DNA of 64,000 nt, from positions 25,482,001 through 25,546,000 of the forward strand of contig OZ210885.1 in assembly GCA_964658305.1 (NCBI GenBank), read 5' to 3'. The notes below the pieces were generated by a model. The model worked only from the letters and a program-made list of their open reading frames with translations, was not told where the DNA came from and did no database searches. Position numbers and translations under genes: made by a program. This DNA is from Leptogorgia sarmentosa (taxonomy: Eukaryota). This document shows positions 34,941 through 47,500 of the stretch, in pieces; position 1 is the first letter of the stretch; each line of letters starts with the position of its first letter.

Positions 34941-37900
34941 CTATAATTGTTCTTCCAATATGCCATCAAATCCATTATCATTGTCATCGAGTTGCATAAA
35001 CAGGCCGTCATCATCGTCGTCATCTGACAAATCATTCTCATCTGTAATCTGGTCGGGAGCATTTGTGCAATTGCAACAGGAACAGAGAGCAGTGCACTTC
35101 AACTCTGCTTTTTGACAGGCACAACGTCTTGTCGAACATCCAGACTTACAACCACAGTTAACGTTCTCCAGAATTCCATCAGGCGCTTCCAGGATGGTCA
35201 TCCATCTGACATTGACTTGCCCTACGTTTATTTCCTAACCAAAATCGCTGATAGAAGGTGGTGACATAACTGGTTGGAGTGCACTTTTCCATATGCAGCA
35301 TTGATATGATGCACAATTTGTATGAAGCAAAAGAACGTCTTTGGTGCATGGCATGGTGTTCTCTGCATATTGACCAATGTTGAACAGGTTGAAACAAGCA
35401 ATATTAACATCATCGGTAGAAAGCTGTCCACATAGACAAGAGACATACTTTTCAATATCTCGAAACAACATAGTTGAAACGACTAGAATTCTCACGACTG
35501 TTGATCCTCCATCAGCACGACTACTCCTTTCCATGTTCTTAATACTAATATCCGGATATGTGTCACACACGAAATCAACTCTTGTCGACTTTAAATTTGA
35601 TGCCAACGATAAAATCCTACCAAGTATGATCTCAACCAGCTTCCCGAAAGTATCAGAGATACATTTCATCATCTGGATGAGTGCCATTGCATCCAATATC
35701 AAGGTGTTATTAGGTGGTACTATATCGATTACTGGATCTTCCACACGACTTTCAAGAATATACATCAACTTAGATTTCGGTGTTTTTACAAGCTTTCCGT
35801 CTACAGTTGCAATAAGTGATGGGAACTTTCGAAGACTGTAGGTGAGAACATCTTTCATGTCCACGTTTCTTGATTTGCCAACTGCAAGCAACAGCGACAC
35901 AAACTTAAGGTCATTCTTCAACTCGACAATTTGTCCTTTGCTTGTCTTTACTTTAGTTTTTCTTTCCATTGTCGAGAATGTATTCAGCTTTGTGGCTTTA
36001 AGCATTGCAAACAGATCTGGTTCCCTTGTTAACAACTGTTCTGACATAAATTTCTTACATTTCTGTTCTCCTATTACTTTGGCCGAGATCATGTCATTGG
36101 AAACACTTGCAGGAGCTTCCTTTCCACTGGCGATGTTAACCATGTTTCCCTCCACTTCAAAAGGATTGCTCATGTTTGTGATAACCTCCACAACATTTGC
36201 TACTTCATATTCATGGTGCTTAATTTGTGTGTTATCCATGTCTTTACGAGATCTAAAATGGAAAATTAACCATATAAGGAAATGTCAAGTGATTTTGCAA
36301 AATTAGTGACAGCCCTTTCCAGTTTTTTAAAGTTCTCTGACATCACTTGTGGTAGGTATTCTTCACTTGGGAATAACTCAGCAAGGTTTTCTGAAATGAA
36401 AAATGGACGTTTATCACCACCTGAATGTACAAATTAGCACTTATTTGATGTCATTCAGACAGAGCAGTAAAATTTGATGAAAGTTCACCAAGGGGTTTTC
36501 ACAGAACCTTTCAATATCAGATAGTTTCACAAACATTCAAATTTGAAACTCACCGATCAAAGTGACTGTTTCATCTCTGTCAGCTGGAGTTAATGATTCA
36601 AAGTAATGCTGGAACAACAGTCTGATCAATGCCTCATAGACAACTTTGTGTGACCTTACACTTCTGTTGTAATGCTTGCCAGATTTATTACACCATTAAT
36701 AGATCCAGCTGCTACAACTTCCGACTCAATGAGAATGACCTGTTAAAAAAATTATTGACAACTTCATTTAGGGTCTTATTACTTACTTTGGAAAATTTAA
36801 GATAAAAAAAACTCTACCTGCAATCCTGCATCTTTGAAGAGTTTTGATATAGCTCCACAGAATGACATTGCCATATGAAAGTCGGACAACAAATCGGCTA
36901 AGGTATCGTTCTTCCTTCCATCTTATTTGCTGAATTTTCGCATAAATGGCTTCATCAAAAACCAAACACATATGCTTCAAGTCCAGTTTGTTGGCAATTT
37001 CCTCACTCTGATTCAATATTTCATTTACTGTTAAGAGTTCTGTGGGGGAGGCATCAATGACAGGAAGATAGCCAAGTTTTGACTGGGTAGGAATGTTGTT
37101 ATCCATAGTTAGTTTGGTGTTGAATCCTGTCCAATTTGGAATCATATTGCTGCTACCAAGATATCTACATACACAGAATGCAAGATCTTTCTTCTTAGCA
37201 TCAACCTGAGGTAATACATAATGTTCTTCCTCTATTTCCCTGCCTTTCATAGCATCATTCAAATTAACAGTTTTTCTTTTTCCAAGAAAATATGGATTAA
37301 TGTCCTTCGATGGTGCTGGAATAGATCTTGATCTTGGAATGCTATTTCGCTTTTGTAACTCCGTAGTCATACTTTGTTCCCTTTGAATTATAATGCCCCC
37401 AGTTATGTGATTTGTGCCTTTGCCAGATCTAGTTTCTTCTGAAAAATCATCATTATCCCATGCAAGAGTAGTTGGAACATTACAGGTAAAGACTGGAGGG
37501 ATAGCAGAATCATTGGACATATTCATCTGTGCAAGGGCTGTCTCATGACATAAAACATAGGAGTGGAACATGCAATGCCCAAAGCCACTCAACAGAGAAA
37601 TCACAGAGGCTGAACCAGTCAGTTGTCTAAGTGCCATGGCAAGTGCAATGCTCTTGGGCGTTGAATTTCTTCCCCCAGATGCTAGATTTACAAGATCTTG
37701 GGCAATTGATGTTAGTTTGGTACTGTTCTTGCCCTCGATTGGAACATATTCACTTAAAGTAGGCTCTGAAGAAAATCCACAAATCCAAGCCAATACATTA
37801 TGGATAAAAAGTTCACATGGAACTACTTTTTGCACATCAGTTGTCAAATCAGATGCCAATAGTGGCCAAGGAAGATTTAGTTTTGGCATTTCCTGGAGTT

Positions 37901-39788
37901 TCTGGCGAGGAATCAATGCAGCATTGTACAGGGTGTCTCAAAAAAAAGGTAATCCAACTTTGGCATGCCATTGTGCGTTAATTACTGGGTGTACGAACGT
38001 GATTTTTGCATGGTCATAAAGATCAAGGTCTTAGCAATTGAATGGCATATTTCTTGTACGATATGGAAGAAAATCAGGCAAATGCGAGCGTGTTGAAAAA
38101 TCTCGGTGAAAAACGCATTCTTTCACCTCTGAGAATTGCAGCTAAACTTATTCAAAATTAACTCCCTCTGGGACTCGAAGATGACGACCTTCCCTTCAAC
38201 AATCGACCTGATCATGCATAATTATTAATAATCCTGATAAAATCTTTGTTACCATGACACATTCGTGATGAATTGATTTTTCTTTTGTTATGCACTGCTT
38301 TAATTAGGCACAGAGGTGAAAGAATGCGTTTTTCACCGAGATTTTTCAACACGCTCGCATTTGCCTGATTTTCTTCCATATCGTACAAGAAATATGTCAT
38401 TCAACTGCTAAGACCTTGATCTTTATGACCATGCAAAAATCACGTTCGTACACCCAGTAATTAACGCACAATGGCATGCCAAAGTTCGATTACCTTTTTT
38501 TTGAGACACCCTGTATAGAATTTGTAACTCATTGATATTAGAACTTTCCTCACTTTCGATGGCGGGATTCAAATCATCTTCATCAATGATGGTGGTCTTT
38601 TCATCAATGTCCACATTGCTGTATTCAGACTGATTTGACATATGTTCCTCAACCAGTTCAGAAGAGTCCAAATTTTCCACATAAACGATTTCACTGACAT
38701 TTCTCATTTTTGGTACACAGAATACAAGCTGGGGATAACTTTTTATCAGTGTTGTTTGAGTTTAAAAGCTCTATATTTAGATGCATCCACGTTCTTGGTG
38801 TTTCGAGCAATGGTGACAAATTTCTCCAGCAAGTCTTTCATATACTTTATTTGCTTATGTCTAATAACCTCTGTCTCTATCACTGTCTTACAGAAGACAC
38901 CATAAGACTTGTCATACACTGATGTAGATCTTTCAGTCTGACTGCTTCTTCACCTCCCTGGTGAGAAATTTTGTATAATTGGAGTAGCAAACCTTGTGGT
39001 AACGAACTTCCAGTGCTACACAATCTTTCCCGCGGATTTGACAAGAATCTTTTCATCATTCTTTATCTCTGCAGCTGTGCGCAGAAGGCCAGCATCAACT
39101 GTTTCTGCCAACATGAGTGGCATTCTTTTTCTCTTCTTTGTTACGTAGTGTTAAACAAAGTTATTAAATAAAACATCCATTAACAACAAGGTTGGGTGTT
39201 TATAAATTAATATGTAATTGGTAAAATGTTGTCTATATAGTGCTTAATATTATACCTATCATAATACCTATAACATACCTTGTCTAGTGAAAACCAAGAA
39301 GCGTCTCTCCCACAAATAATACATATTTCTGGAAGTACATGCGTGTTTCTCTTGGGCAAGGTCTTTATAGTTTCCGCAACTGATTGACGTGTCATTTTTC
39401 GCCTCGGTACAGGCTCCACTTCCACATGTGATTCATTGGTGGAAGTAAGTCTTTTAGAGCTATTACCCTCTCCTCTTTCTTCTTTTCTCAGTTGTCTACG
39501 GATCTTCTCTTCATCACAAAATCTCTTCCAGCATTTCATATGATGGTACCATTCTAAGTTAATCCTGTCAGGATTGCTATCCATGTATGAATTGACAGAT
39601 CCGTCATCGATTTTCTCGTACGATTTTTTAGCTATTTCAGCTTGTTGACAATTAAGTCTGGCCCATTTGGACCTACACTCAAGAAATTTCTTAAGCTTTT
39701 TATGTGTAACTTTGCAAAGTTGCTCTGTAACCTTGTCAAAATGCATAAAACATGAGGATATTCAAATATCGCAAATATCTTCAGCCAT
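34941..39788 (-). pseudogene. Academ transposase / XPG-like nuclease / Cys8 finger polyprotein, disrupted
   Basis: LAWDNDDFSEETRSGKGTNHITGGIIIQ, IPNWTGFN, LVFDEAIYAK, GKHYNRSVR, ILDAMALIQ..RVDFVCDTY..SIKNMER, and CGCKSGCSTRRCACQKAELKCTALCSCCNC. Has introns, deletions and a MITE insertion. Confidence 0.88.
37929..38513. mobile_element. Same MITE family, symmetric copy, inserted in Academ coding sequence
   Basis: TA TSD and ~200-bp near-perfect arms. Removing it restores ELQILY-NAALIPRQKL on the minus strand. Confidence 0.93.
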
Positions 39789-40097
39789 GATTATTGTGCA
39801 TAAAGCGCAATGTGTTTCCACTTCGAAGCACATGGCTGTTTGTGCGCGTGCGCAATGCGAATTTTCAGGTGATGCGCATGCGTGTTAGCTACTAAAACAA
39901 TGGCGGTTCGAAAATTTCGAAGCGCAAAAATACCAAACTTTGGGGAAGGTTTTCTCCCATTTGTGCACCTGTTTCGATTGGGGAGCAACGGATTCGGATA
40001 AAGTGAGTTTTAATCTACTCATTCATGTGAAAATTATCTAGTTCCACGAGGGGTGCAACGGAATAATTTTCTAAGCACATTTTCGATGCTCATCCTA

Positions 40098-40896
40098 TAA
40101 AGAAATTGTCACGGGAGCAATCAGAATCATGTTGATCCTGCATTTCTGCTTAATCAACCATGTTGATTTTCTTCTCTGTTGCTGGTTTGGATCTACAAAA
40201 GCTTGGCAAAATGATTTAACTTATTGCAAGCATTACAAGTTTTTCCGTATGCGAGACAACGATGAGGTGGATGGTTCCGACCACAGGTTTGGCCAGTCAT
40301 TCTACTAGAGTTGCTCTTTGAATATAGATAGTTCTCTTGCTTTGTGATACCATCATTCTTTGTGTTTGCAGTACGATTCGCTTGTAAAATATCAACCTTT
40401 TTCTCATCAGCAACTTTTTCTAGCTGTTTCTTTGATGCTTCTGCAGCTTTACCTATATCTATGGCTTTCGATAGGTTTAAATCCTTCTCGCGCAATAATC
40501 TGCCTCGTACGATGTCACTTTGCACACCAACAACAATTCTATCCTTAATCATTTCATCTGCCATAGTACCATATTCACAAGTTTTAACTTTTAAACAAAG
40601 ATCTGTAACATATTGGTCAAATGACTCACCCGGTTGCTGCATGCGGCTGTTAAAAATATGTCTTTCTACTGTTAGATTGCGTTTGGGGTTACAATACTCA
40701 TCAAATTTCTTTATAATTTCGGATGTTTTCTCTTTGTCTTCATCAGATGTAACAACATAGAGCTTTGAATTTTCCCTGATTTCGTGCTCGCCTCTGTCGT
40801 GGTCATAAATAACTCAAATCTTTGTTTCCAACGTCACCAGTTTTCGGCTAAATTCCCATCTAATATCAAAGGTTTTAAAGCTGGTAGTTTATCCAT
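40098..40896 (-). pseudogene. Gypsy gag
   Basis: MDKLPALKPLILDGNLAENW*RWKQRFELF, QQPGESFDQYVTDL..MIKDRIVVGV, and Zn knuckles CGRNH..C..YGKTCNACNKLNHFAK. Confidence 0.9.
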
Positions 40897-41498
40897 CTCT
40901 TATTTATCACAAATATTTTGTTTAATTGGATGTAAAAGGATGGATAAGATACGAAAGGATTCGAAAAATAACTCCTGACACCATGTAATAAGTTGTTTAT
41001 TCAGGCAGCCATATTAGACATAGCCAGGTAGCCCCAGACCTCTAAGTAATCATGCTACAATTAGTTCATGATTTCCATGTAAAGCATCTGCTTCAAGCTG
41101 TATCTGCCAGTATTTACTAATGTTATGCCAAACGGTCGTCGAATTTGGGACGTGTAGATCCAGGAAAGCTATTCGAAACAATCTTAAAACTTCCTGAATA
41201 CTTTTTGTTACAAAGTAATTATCAACAATAAAGGTTCTTTCAACTGTAGTGAGCTGTAGCATGATGCCTAAGATTTAAAAATTATTTAGCAAAAATATTT
41301 CTAACAAAATATTCACATGCAACGATAACGTCTCCTTCGGAATTTAGAACATCGAATTCCAAGCATCTAAAAATGACTGCTTGCAGTTAATCACTTATTT
41401 TGAAGTCCTAAATGGCCTAAAAAGTCACAATCGACCACTTATTGAGTAGAAGAAAGACAGGGCTAAGACATGGAAATCTATATTATTTTGGTATATTA

Positions 41499-41606
41499 TG
41501 TTTCATGAAATTGATCCTTCCTGTTTCTGACGATACGTATGAAAATTTCAAGAGCAGCATGAACACAGCCATTGCATATGGATTGGCGGGATTCTCTTTT
41601 GCATGA
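41499..41606 (+). pseudogene. HECT E3 ligase-like extreme C-terminal fragment
   Basis: CFMKLILPVSDDTYENFKSSMNTAIAYGLAG fits the HECT tail pattern CxxxLxLP..Y..F...M..AI...GF. Confidence 0.55.
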
Positions 41607-41708
41607 TAAGTTTCTGCTATAGTTTTAGTTTTACTGTTGCTGTTCAAGTTTCTTATACTAGAAGAAGAGTGTCAAGGCAACAACTCTGGACAACATGTAA
41701 GAGTTATG

Positions 41709-41900
41709 TTAGGCCTCTCCTTCAGTTAAACCAATGACAAGATTAAGTGCCTGAAAGTACAAGTCAACACCATTGTCTTCGGAGCCTTGCAAGGGATTTA
41801 CTGCCTCAGTCAAGTGATGAAAATCTTCTGGTTCAAGCAAGTCTGGGATGGTTGGAATTTCTACAAGTAGGACGTCATCTTTGCGGTCTCCATCCCACAA
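41709..41900 (-). pseudogene. C-terminal fragment of an integrase-like DDE protein (IS3EU-like?)
   Basis: VEIP..LTEAVNPLQGSEDNGVDLYFQAL resembles the C-terminal xDPLxxSxxxGIDLY motif of eukaryotic integrase-core transposases. Convergent with the HECT fragment. Confidence 0.45.
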
Positions 41901-42710
41901 TGCCTGCTTTCTCTTTGAAGATTTTCTCCCGGCATTCTTCGGTCCTCGCTCCTCCACCATCTCCATCATTTCTGGTTTGTTCTTCTTTCACTTGAACCAA
42001 ACAAACAAATTCGTCAAGCGTTCCTCTCAACTGTGCAACAGCAAGTATGTGTTCGCAGATTTTCGTAGCATAGTTGATGCATGATGCATGCTTATTTGAT
42101 GCCCCTGCAACTATAAGGGATCCATTATCAGCTCCCAGTTTAGGGATAACGTTCCCCTTCATGGCAAGCAAGTTAGAGGCTTTCTCGAACATAGATTCAA
42201 GTATTGGTATAGGTATTCCCTGTTATTCCACTCTCCTCCGCGCTTGAATTCCATTTATTTTTTCGTCATTTGGGCGTGGCTCTCTACCTCGTCAATCGTA
42301 AAATACTTAAAGCCTGCATGAACTTGATAAATTCCTTTCCCAAACATGGCACGATCCTCGTTACGTTGTTGGGTCTCAATCATGTTCTTGATCTTATCAA
42401 TAATTATCCATTTGATGAATTTGTTGCTTGGGTCACACAAATACAGGTGCTTTTCCTGTTTTCGGGTTTTCTAACTTGAGATTTCTGTGTGTGGTCACTG
42501 TGAGGCTAATGTTGCGATCAATGAATTCGGTTGGATGTGTACAGTATTGAACAGCTCTTTTAGTTGTCGGTCGTTTGCAATAACTACGAAGAAATCCGGA
42601 TGTATTGCACATTCACCTATAAATGCTGCGTCTTTTGACAGTTCCCCATCTCTCTTTGCTCGTTCTAAAAGTGTCCACAGGCTACTCATACTTCGCATTA
42701 GTTGCTTCAG
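41900..42710 (-). pseudogene. MULE-like / SWIM zinc finger protein remnants
   Basis: AFIGECAIHPDFFVVIANDRQLKEL; IKNMIETQQRNEDRAMFGKGIYQV; CINYATKICEHILAVA (C-terminal half of a SWIM finger). Heavily deleted. Confidence 0.55.
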
Positions 42711-43329
42711 CGCTCCAGCTTTTCGGATTCCTGTTTTCAAAGATTCTGGCTTTTCGGATTCCTGTTTTTCGCATTCCCGGTTCCGTTCCATTCCCAGATT
42801 CCCCGTTACTGCTTTTAAAGATAGCTGTGTTTTATCAATGTTTTATCAATGATATATGTGGAAATAAAAAATTCCTATTGAATAGGTAATGAGAAAAAAG
42901 ATCTTGAAGTTCACTTGAATTTCTGCGCGAGAAGACTAATTCTCATATCACACCTTTACTTTGAAATGGCAAAAACACGGCACAGTATAAAAATATTTAA
43001 GGCAACTGTAGGCAAGCAATACATTGTTGGAATTGTCATTGAAATGTTTTTAAATATAATTTGAAGTGAAATTGTATGTCTAGTATTCAAACAATTCGAA
43101 GAGAAATCAGTTTCATTACTTTGTTTCTCAGGTTGAAACAAAGACTTTTGTAACTTATTAAAGTTACATATTCTTATAAAGAATTGGTTTCTGTTTGAAT
43201 GTAATCTCTGAGCCATAGCGTGAAGCACTGTCCGGGCGTTAGCCCGGGCCGAGGGTAATAATTCCGCACGGCTATTTACACCCAGGTAAAAGACGGCATA
43301 TAGTCTGGTCGTCAAGCGTAATCATTAGG

Positions 43330-44222
43330 CCTAACCCGGAAAAAAATGGTATAGAAGTATATTTGGTATCAAAATGCACATGATTTGATAATCTAAGACT
43401 GACTTTACTCAGGTGCATTAATGCCTGGCTCAAATTTCACGAGGAGTGGAAAAACGGGAAAAATATTTTAAAATTTATAAAAAAATAGTAATACAAGCTA
43501 TGAGTTTCATACTTTGTCAGAATGTTGGAAATAAATTGGCAAATGATTTCGTCTTGCGGGGTGCCATGGAAATCGGTCACGTAATCAGATATTGGTTCCA
43601 ATAATATAAATTAAAATAGCAATTTAAAACCCGACTTGGGGACACACTAACCTTTGACGGATTTCAACAAAATTGTAACTGCGTCATCGTTGGGCATTAT
43701 ACTTTAGCGCAGTAACTAGAAACGTTTACATAATAACTCTTACTAGAAGATATTGGAATGTGTACTACATTGCCTGGCGCAACTCCGATCTATTTTACCC
43801 TAAATCTTAGTATTAAACTTCACTATTCTGTGCATTAACCAACAACATTAACATCATTGTATGTGTCCGCAAGTCGTTCGTGTGTTTTGCGTGTATAATA
43901 ATATTTTTGATCTCCATGATGTAGATACGCCTGTACTTATCAAATATAACGTTCAGCGGAAATGTTAAAAAATATCTCGTTGTTATGACGATGGCGTTCA
44001 AAGTAATGCAAAATCAATATGACGATCAAAACAGGACAAGATGCACCAAATACAAAACTTAAAACTAAGAGATTCTCTATTCATATTTCGCACTATCAAT
44101 ACTGTAATGTATCGTATGTAAAAGGTCTAAGTGTCCTAAGCTGTCTGAAAACCATTGAGACTATAAAATACGAAAATAAACAGTTCTATTCAGTTACACT
44201 GCTCGCAAACGCATTTAGCTAG
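43330..44222 (+). mobile_element. Helitron-like 3' end
   Basis: Ends CTGCTCGCAAACGCATTTAGCTAG|T. CTGCTCGCAAA is an imperfect inverted match to the TCTGCGCAGCAG start at 22388. The left limit is uncertain. Confidence 0.35.
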
Positions 44223-44505
44223 TACTACAATTTGTACATGTATACCTACTCCTTAGCATATCTAGTTAAGTATTTTTACCAAAAATGTAATCTTATTCCT
44301 CAGTTTGACGTAAATCCACATACTTGAAATTTAGGCGCAAAATATTCAAGGATAGTTATATTCACTGAGTTTCTTGGTCGTACTCGTCCAGATTTTTTGT
44401 TCTCAACAAACAACGCACTTGAGGCTTGCATCAACGAGCCTCTGATGACATCAAAAAGCTGCGGTAAACAGCAAGCTGTACAAATCTCAAAATAACTTCG
44501 AAAAT

Positions 44506-47500
44506 ATGGCATGGGATAAGGAAGCACTGTTACAGGAAGTTAACGGTTACAGCAGTGATCATGTTGTAAATTGGTCGGAGTTAGCATGGCGGTACGAGGT
44601 GAAGAACAGGAATGGTGAGATTGCTAGGAATGGTGGCCAAATCGTTCAGGATTACCTGAAATCACAAGGCGTAGACGTCACTAGATTTAAAAAGAGAGGT
44701 GCAGACGGTGATGGTCAACGAATTAGAAAGAGAATGAAGCGGTGAAGTGCTGGCGGGGAAATCACTGTGCCTTGTCTAGTACCAAATGAGCAGCTGAAGA
44801 TCAAACTCAATGAAAAAATACTGTCGGGAGAATACAATGTTGGAGAGCTTGTTGTACCCCGAAAGGTATGTTAATTTGTTTTGATGTAGAGGCTGGATGA
44901 CAGGGTAGCATTACCCATCAGGGGTAGCATTATCATCAGATATAGTAATTTTCAACTGGTGGTGTCTGAAAATGCTAAAATTTATTTTTCACTGAAATCT
45001 GTAAAAATATTTAGAAAGCTAAAACTTAGTTCATTTTCAAACAGTTAAATATTATTATATATACTGGAATACACTATCGAGCCATTATTCTACATTGCTA
45101 CAATACAGTGGGAAATTAAACACTGGTAGGGTTTTAACATATTTAATATATAGTGCATGCAATTGTACCTGCATATTTGGAAATTGTGAGATTGATTAAA
45201 TGTAAATACATTTCTCTACAGTATGAAAAGTTTGTTCTGGATGCAGACGGTTCTATCACCAAGGTCCACTTTGTTGTTGAAGGCCGGAAATGTCCACTTC
45301 AGGAGATTAGGGAAAAAACTCTAAAAGAATCAGCAAAATACATGAGGAAGAATGAAAACGAGTACTTCGAAGAAATGTCCAGTGAGGATGTCATGAAAAA
45401 ACTACTTACAGCAAATGAAGTCAAGGAAGGTGAGGACATGGCCAATTTAAAACAACACCTCATGGAAATTGAAAGAACAAGGCATCTGCTGGTCTGGCAT
45501 GATTTGTCAACAGTGGCAAATCATTCGCATCTTGTGTTCATGGTATCTTGCTTGTATGATCCTGCAATTTATTACACAGATGAAGAGTATGAACAAATGA
45601 CTGGCAAAAAGATCAACATACAAGCAAAAATTGAAACACCTAGGTCTACATAGTAGCAAGGTCTTCGTCTTCTGACAATGAGCAATTGTGCTATGCAGAC
45701 ACTAGGTTAGAGTGTCTCCAGGATCTTTCAGAGCCAGTAAAGTTAGAATCTGGTGTAGAAATCACTGATAAGATGAGGTTGTTTGATGGAGATACCCCAG
45801 CTCGTCAGTATGAATGTGGCCAACAGAGGGGTGGAAAATATTACTGTGCTGTATGTGGAGCTGCTGCCAATCGCGTGTATGAGCTGGAGTATTCTTTTCG
45901 CTGCTCACATATTTCCTTAGCAGACAGGCAAGATCTTGTGCTGAAAGGTCCACATGGCAAGAAGAACTCTTTCGAGAAAGCAAACAAGCCTTTTCAAGAT
46001 CTTAGCAGGGATCAATTAATCAGGGAGTTATCTGCTAGGGGCATATATGAAGGCAATACAAAAGAAGAACTGCAGAACTTACTAAAGGAAGAGCTTCATG
46101 GTGTTCAGCGTGTACCTGCCTTACTTCATCCCAATCCTGAAGTTTCACTGGATGAAATCAACTGTGGCAATTATGAGATATTGGGGTTTGAACCACTTCA
46201 TGATATTGGCCATCACATTGAGAATGTTTTCACAGAGCTTCCTTCACACCTGCCAAAAGAAGAAGCTTCTGAATTGAATGCTCTTATTGAATTTTGCATT
46301 GGGGGGAAGGAAACGAAAAGGGCTTTTGATTATCAATGTGCCCTGATACTGATTTCAAATCAGATAAGGGGCAAGATCAATACAAAGGCTCAATTGTTTC
46401 TTGATACCCTGGTGGAAATTCAAGAAATTGCATATGCTTCAGAAGCTCAACGGACACCAAGATCAGTCCTTCGGTTCCACAATCTCACATGGTATCATGG
46501 AATGCTGTGCCGTGCAGTGATTGGTTTTCGCTTGAAAAAACTAACTGTCCGCAAGTTTTATGGTACATATTTCCACAACATAACATCACATGCACCTATT
46601 CAAAATCGCCTGATCAATGGCAGGTCTGCTAATACTGAGGAACAAGAACGAATTTAATGCTATAACAAACATTACCCGCACAACATCTTCATTTCATTCT
46701 GACCACATCATCTCCAACATACTGGTTCGACTCCAAGCAGAGAAAGATCTTGCTGCAGGACATGCCGCCTCCTCCGTTCAAAAGCAACAAGATCATGTCT
46801 CGAAGCTAGCATCTTCTTTGCCAAAACTCCCCAACACTGTTATTCCTAAGGCAATGCTGGTGAAACATCCATCATCATGGCAAGCACACCTAGAAAGAAT
46901 CAGTGATTTTCTTTTAGTTGGGAAAGGTTTTTGGTGGGACGAAAGTGAAAATGGTGCTATCCATTTTATGGATGCAAAAGGAAATCCTGAATCTATGGAG
47001 AAAGGCCCTTTGCTTCACCATTTCAGATCTAGCACATTCAAGTCAGAGGAAACATATTTAAAGAAATGCTGGCTAAAATGTCTGGAGCAAAAACCCAACC
47101 TTCCAATCTTGAGACTGCAAATTGAAGATGAGAATGGCAACATGGTCTCTGTTGATACATCTGCTGATCACATCCCCAATGATGAACAAATGAATGCTGC
47201 AAAGGATAAAAATGAAATGGTTAAATGTGTTGTTGATGAGGGTGATTCGGGTAATCTGGTTGGTGATGATGCTGTGAGGGATGAGCTGATTATGCCTGGG
47301 GTTGTTATGTGTGTGGAAACTAATTGTGCTGAAGTTGTTGATTGACCACATGTTCAATCCATATGAAGAGGTTTTTCTAAATCAGTCATACCTGATCGTG
47401 CTGCACTTTTATTAAATAGCAACATCGCCTCGACAAGCATCTACTAGTAACCCAGATGTCGATGTTTGTTCAACAAAACACGGACATGCACTGTTGCATA

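Larger units (their letters stand above)
32400..40097 (-). mobile_element. Academ DNA transposon inserted between gag and protease
   Basis: ~230-bp imperfect TIRs beginning TAGGATGAGCATCGAAA and ending TTTCGATGCTCATCCTA. Internal Academ-type gene. No clean 3-4 bp TSD is visible. Confidence 0.88.
29625..41059 (-). mobile_element. Gypsy LTR retrotransposon (Mag-like) with ~75-bp LTRs, decayed
   Basis: LTRs at 29625-29699 and 40984-41059 (TGTAAT..CTACA). Primer-binding site TGGTGTCAGGAGT (40983-40971, minus). Polypurine tract AAGGGGGGAGAAA (29712-29700, minus). TSD GTTAG/ATTAG, where the empty-site copy at ~1333 has one ATTAG. Confidence 0.93.
29318..41380 (-). mobile_element. Mariner-like deletion derivative, copy 2, split by the Gypsy insertion (29318-29624 and 41060-41380)
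   Basis: The two pieces join colinearly with 1029-1650. The minus strand has the N-terminus MLQLTTVERTFIVDNYFVTKSIQEV (41262-41050) and the C-terminus NGGHIE* (~29570-29550). Confidence 0.85.

Noticed and set aside
37570..38019. Antisense and MITE-spanning ORFs (also 35377-36306, 40344-40760, 3979-4266)
   Set aside because: These are shadows of real opposite-strand TE genes or read-through into TIRs.
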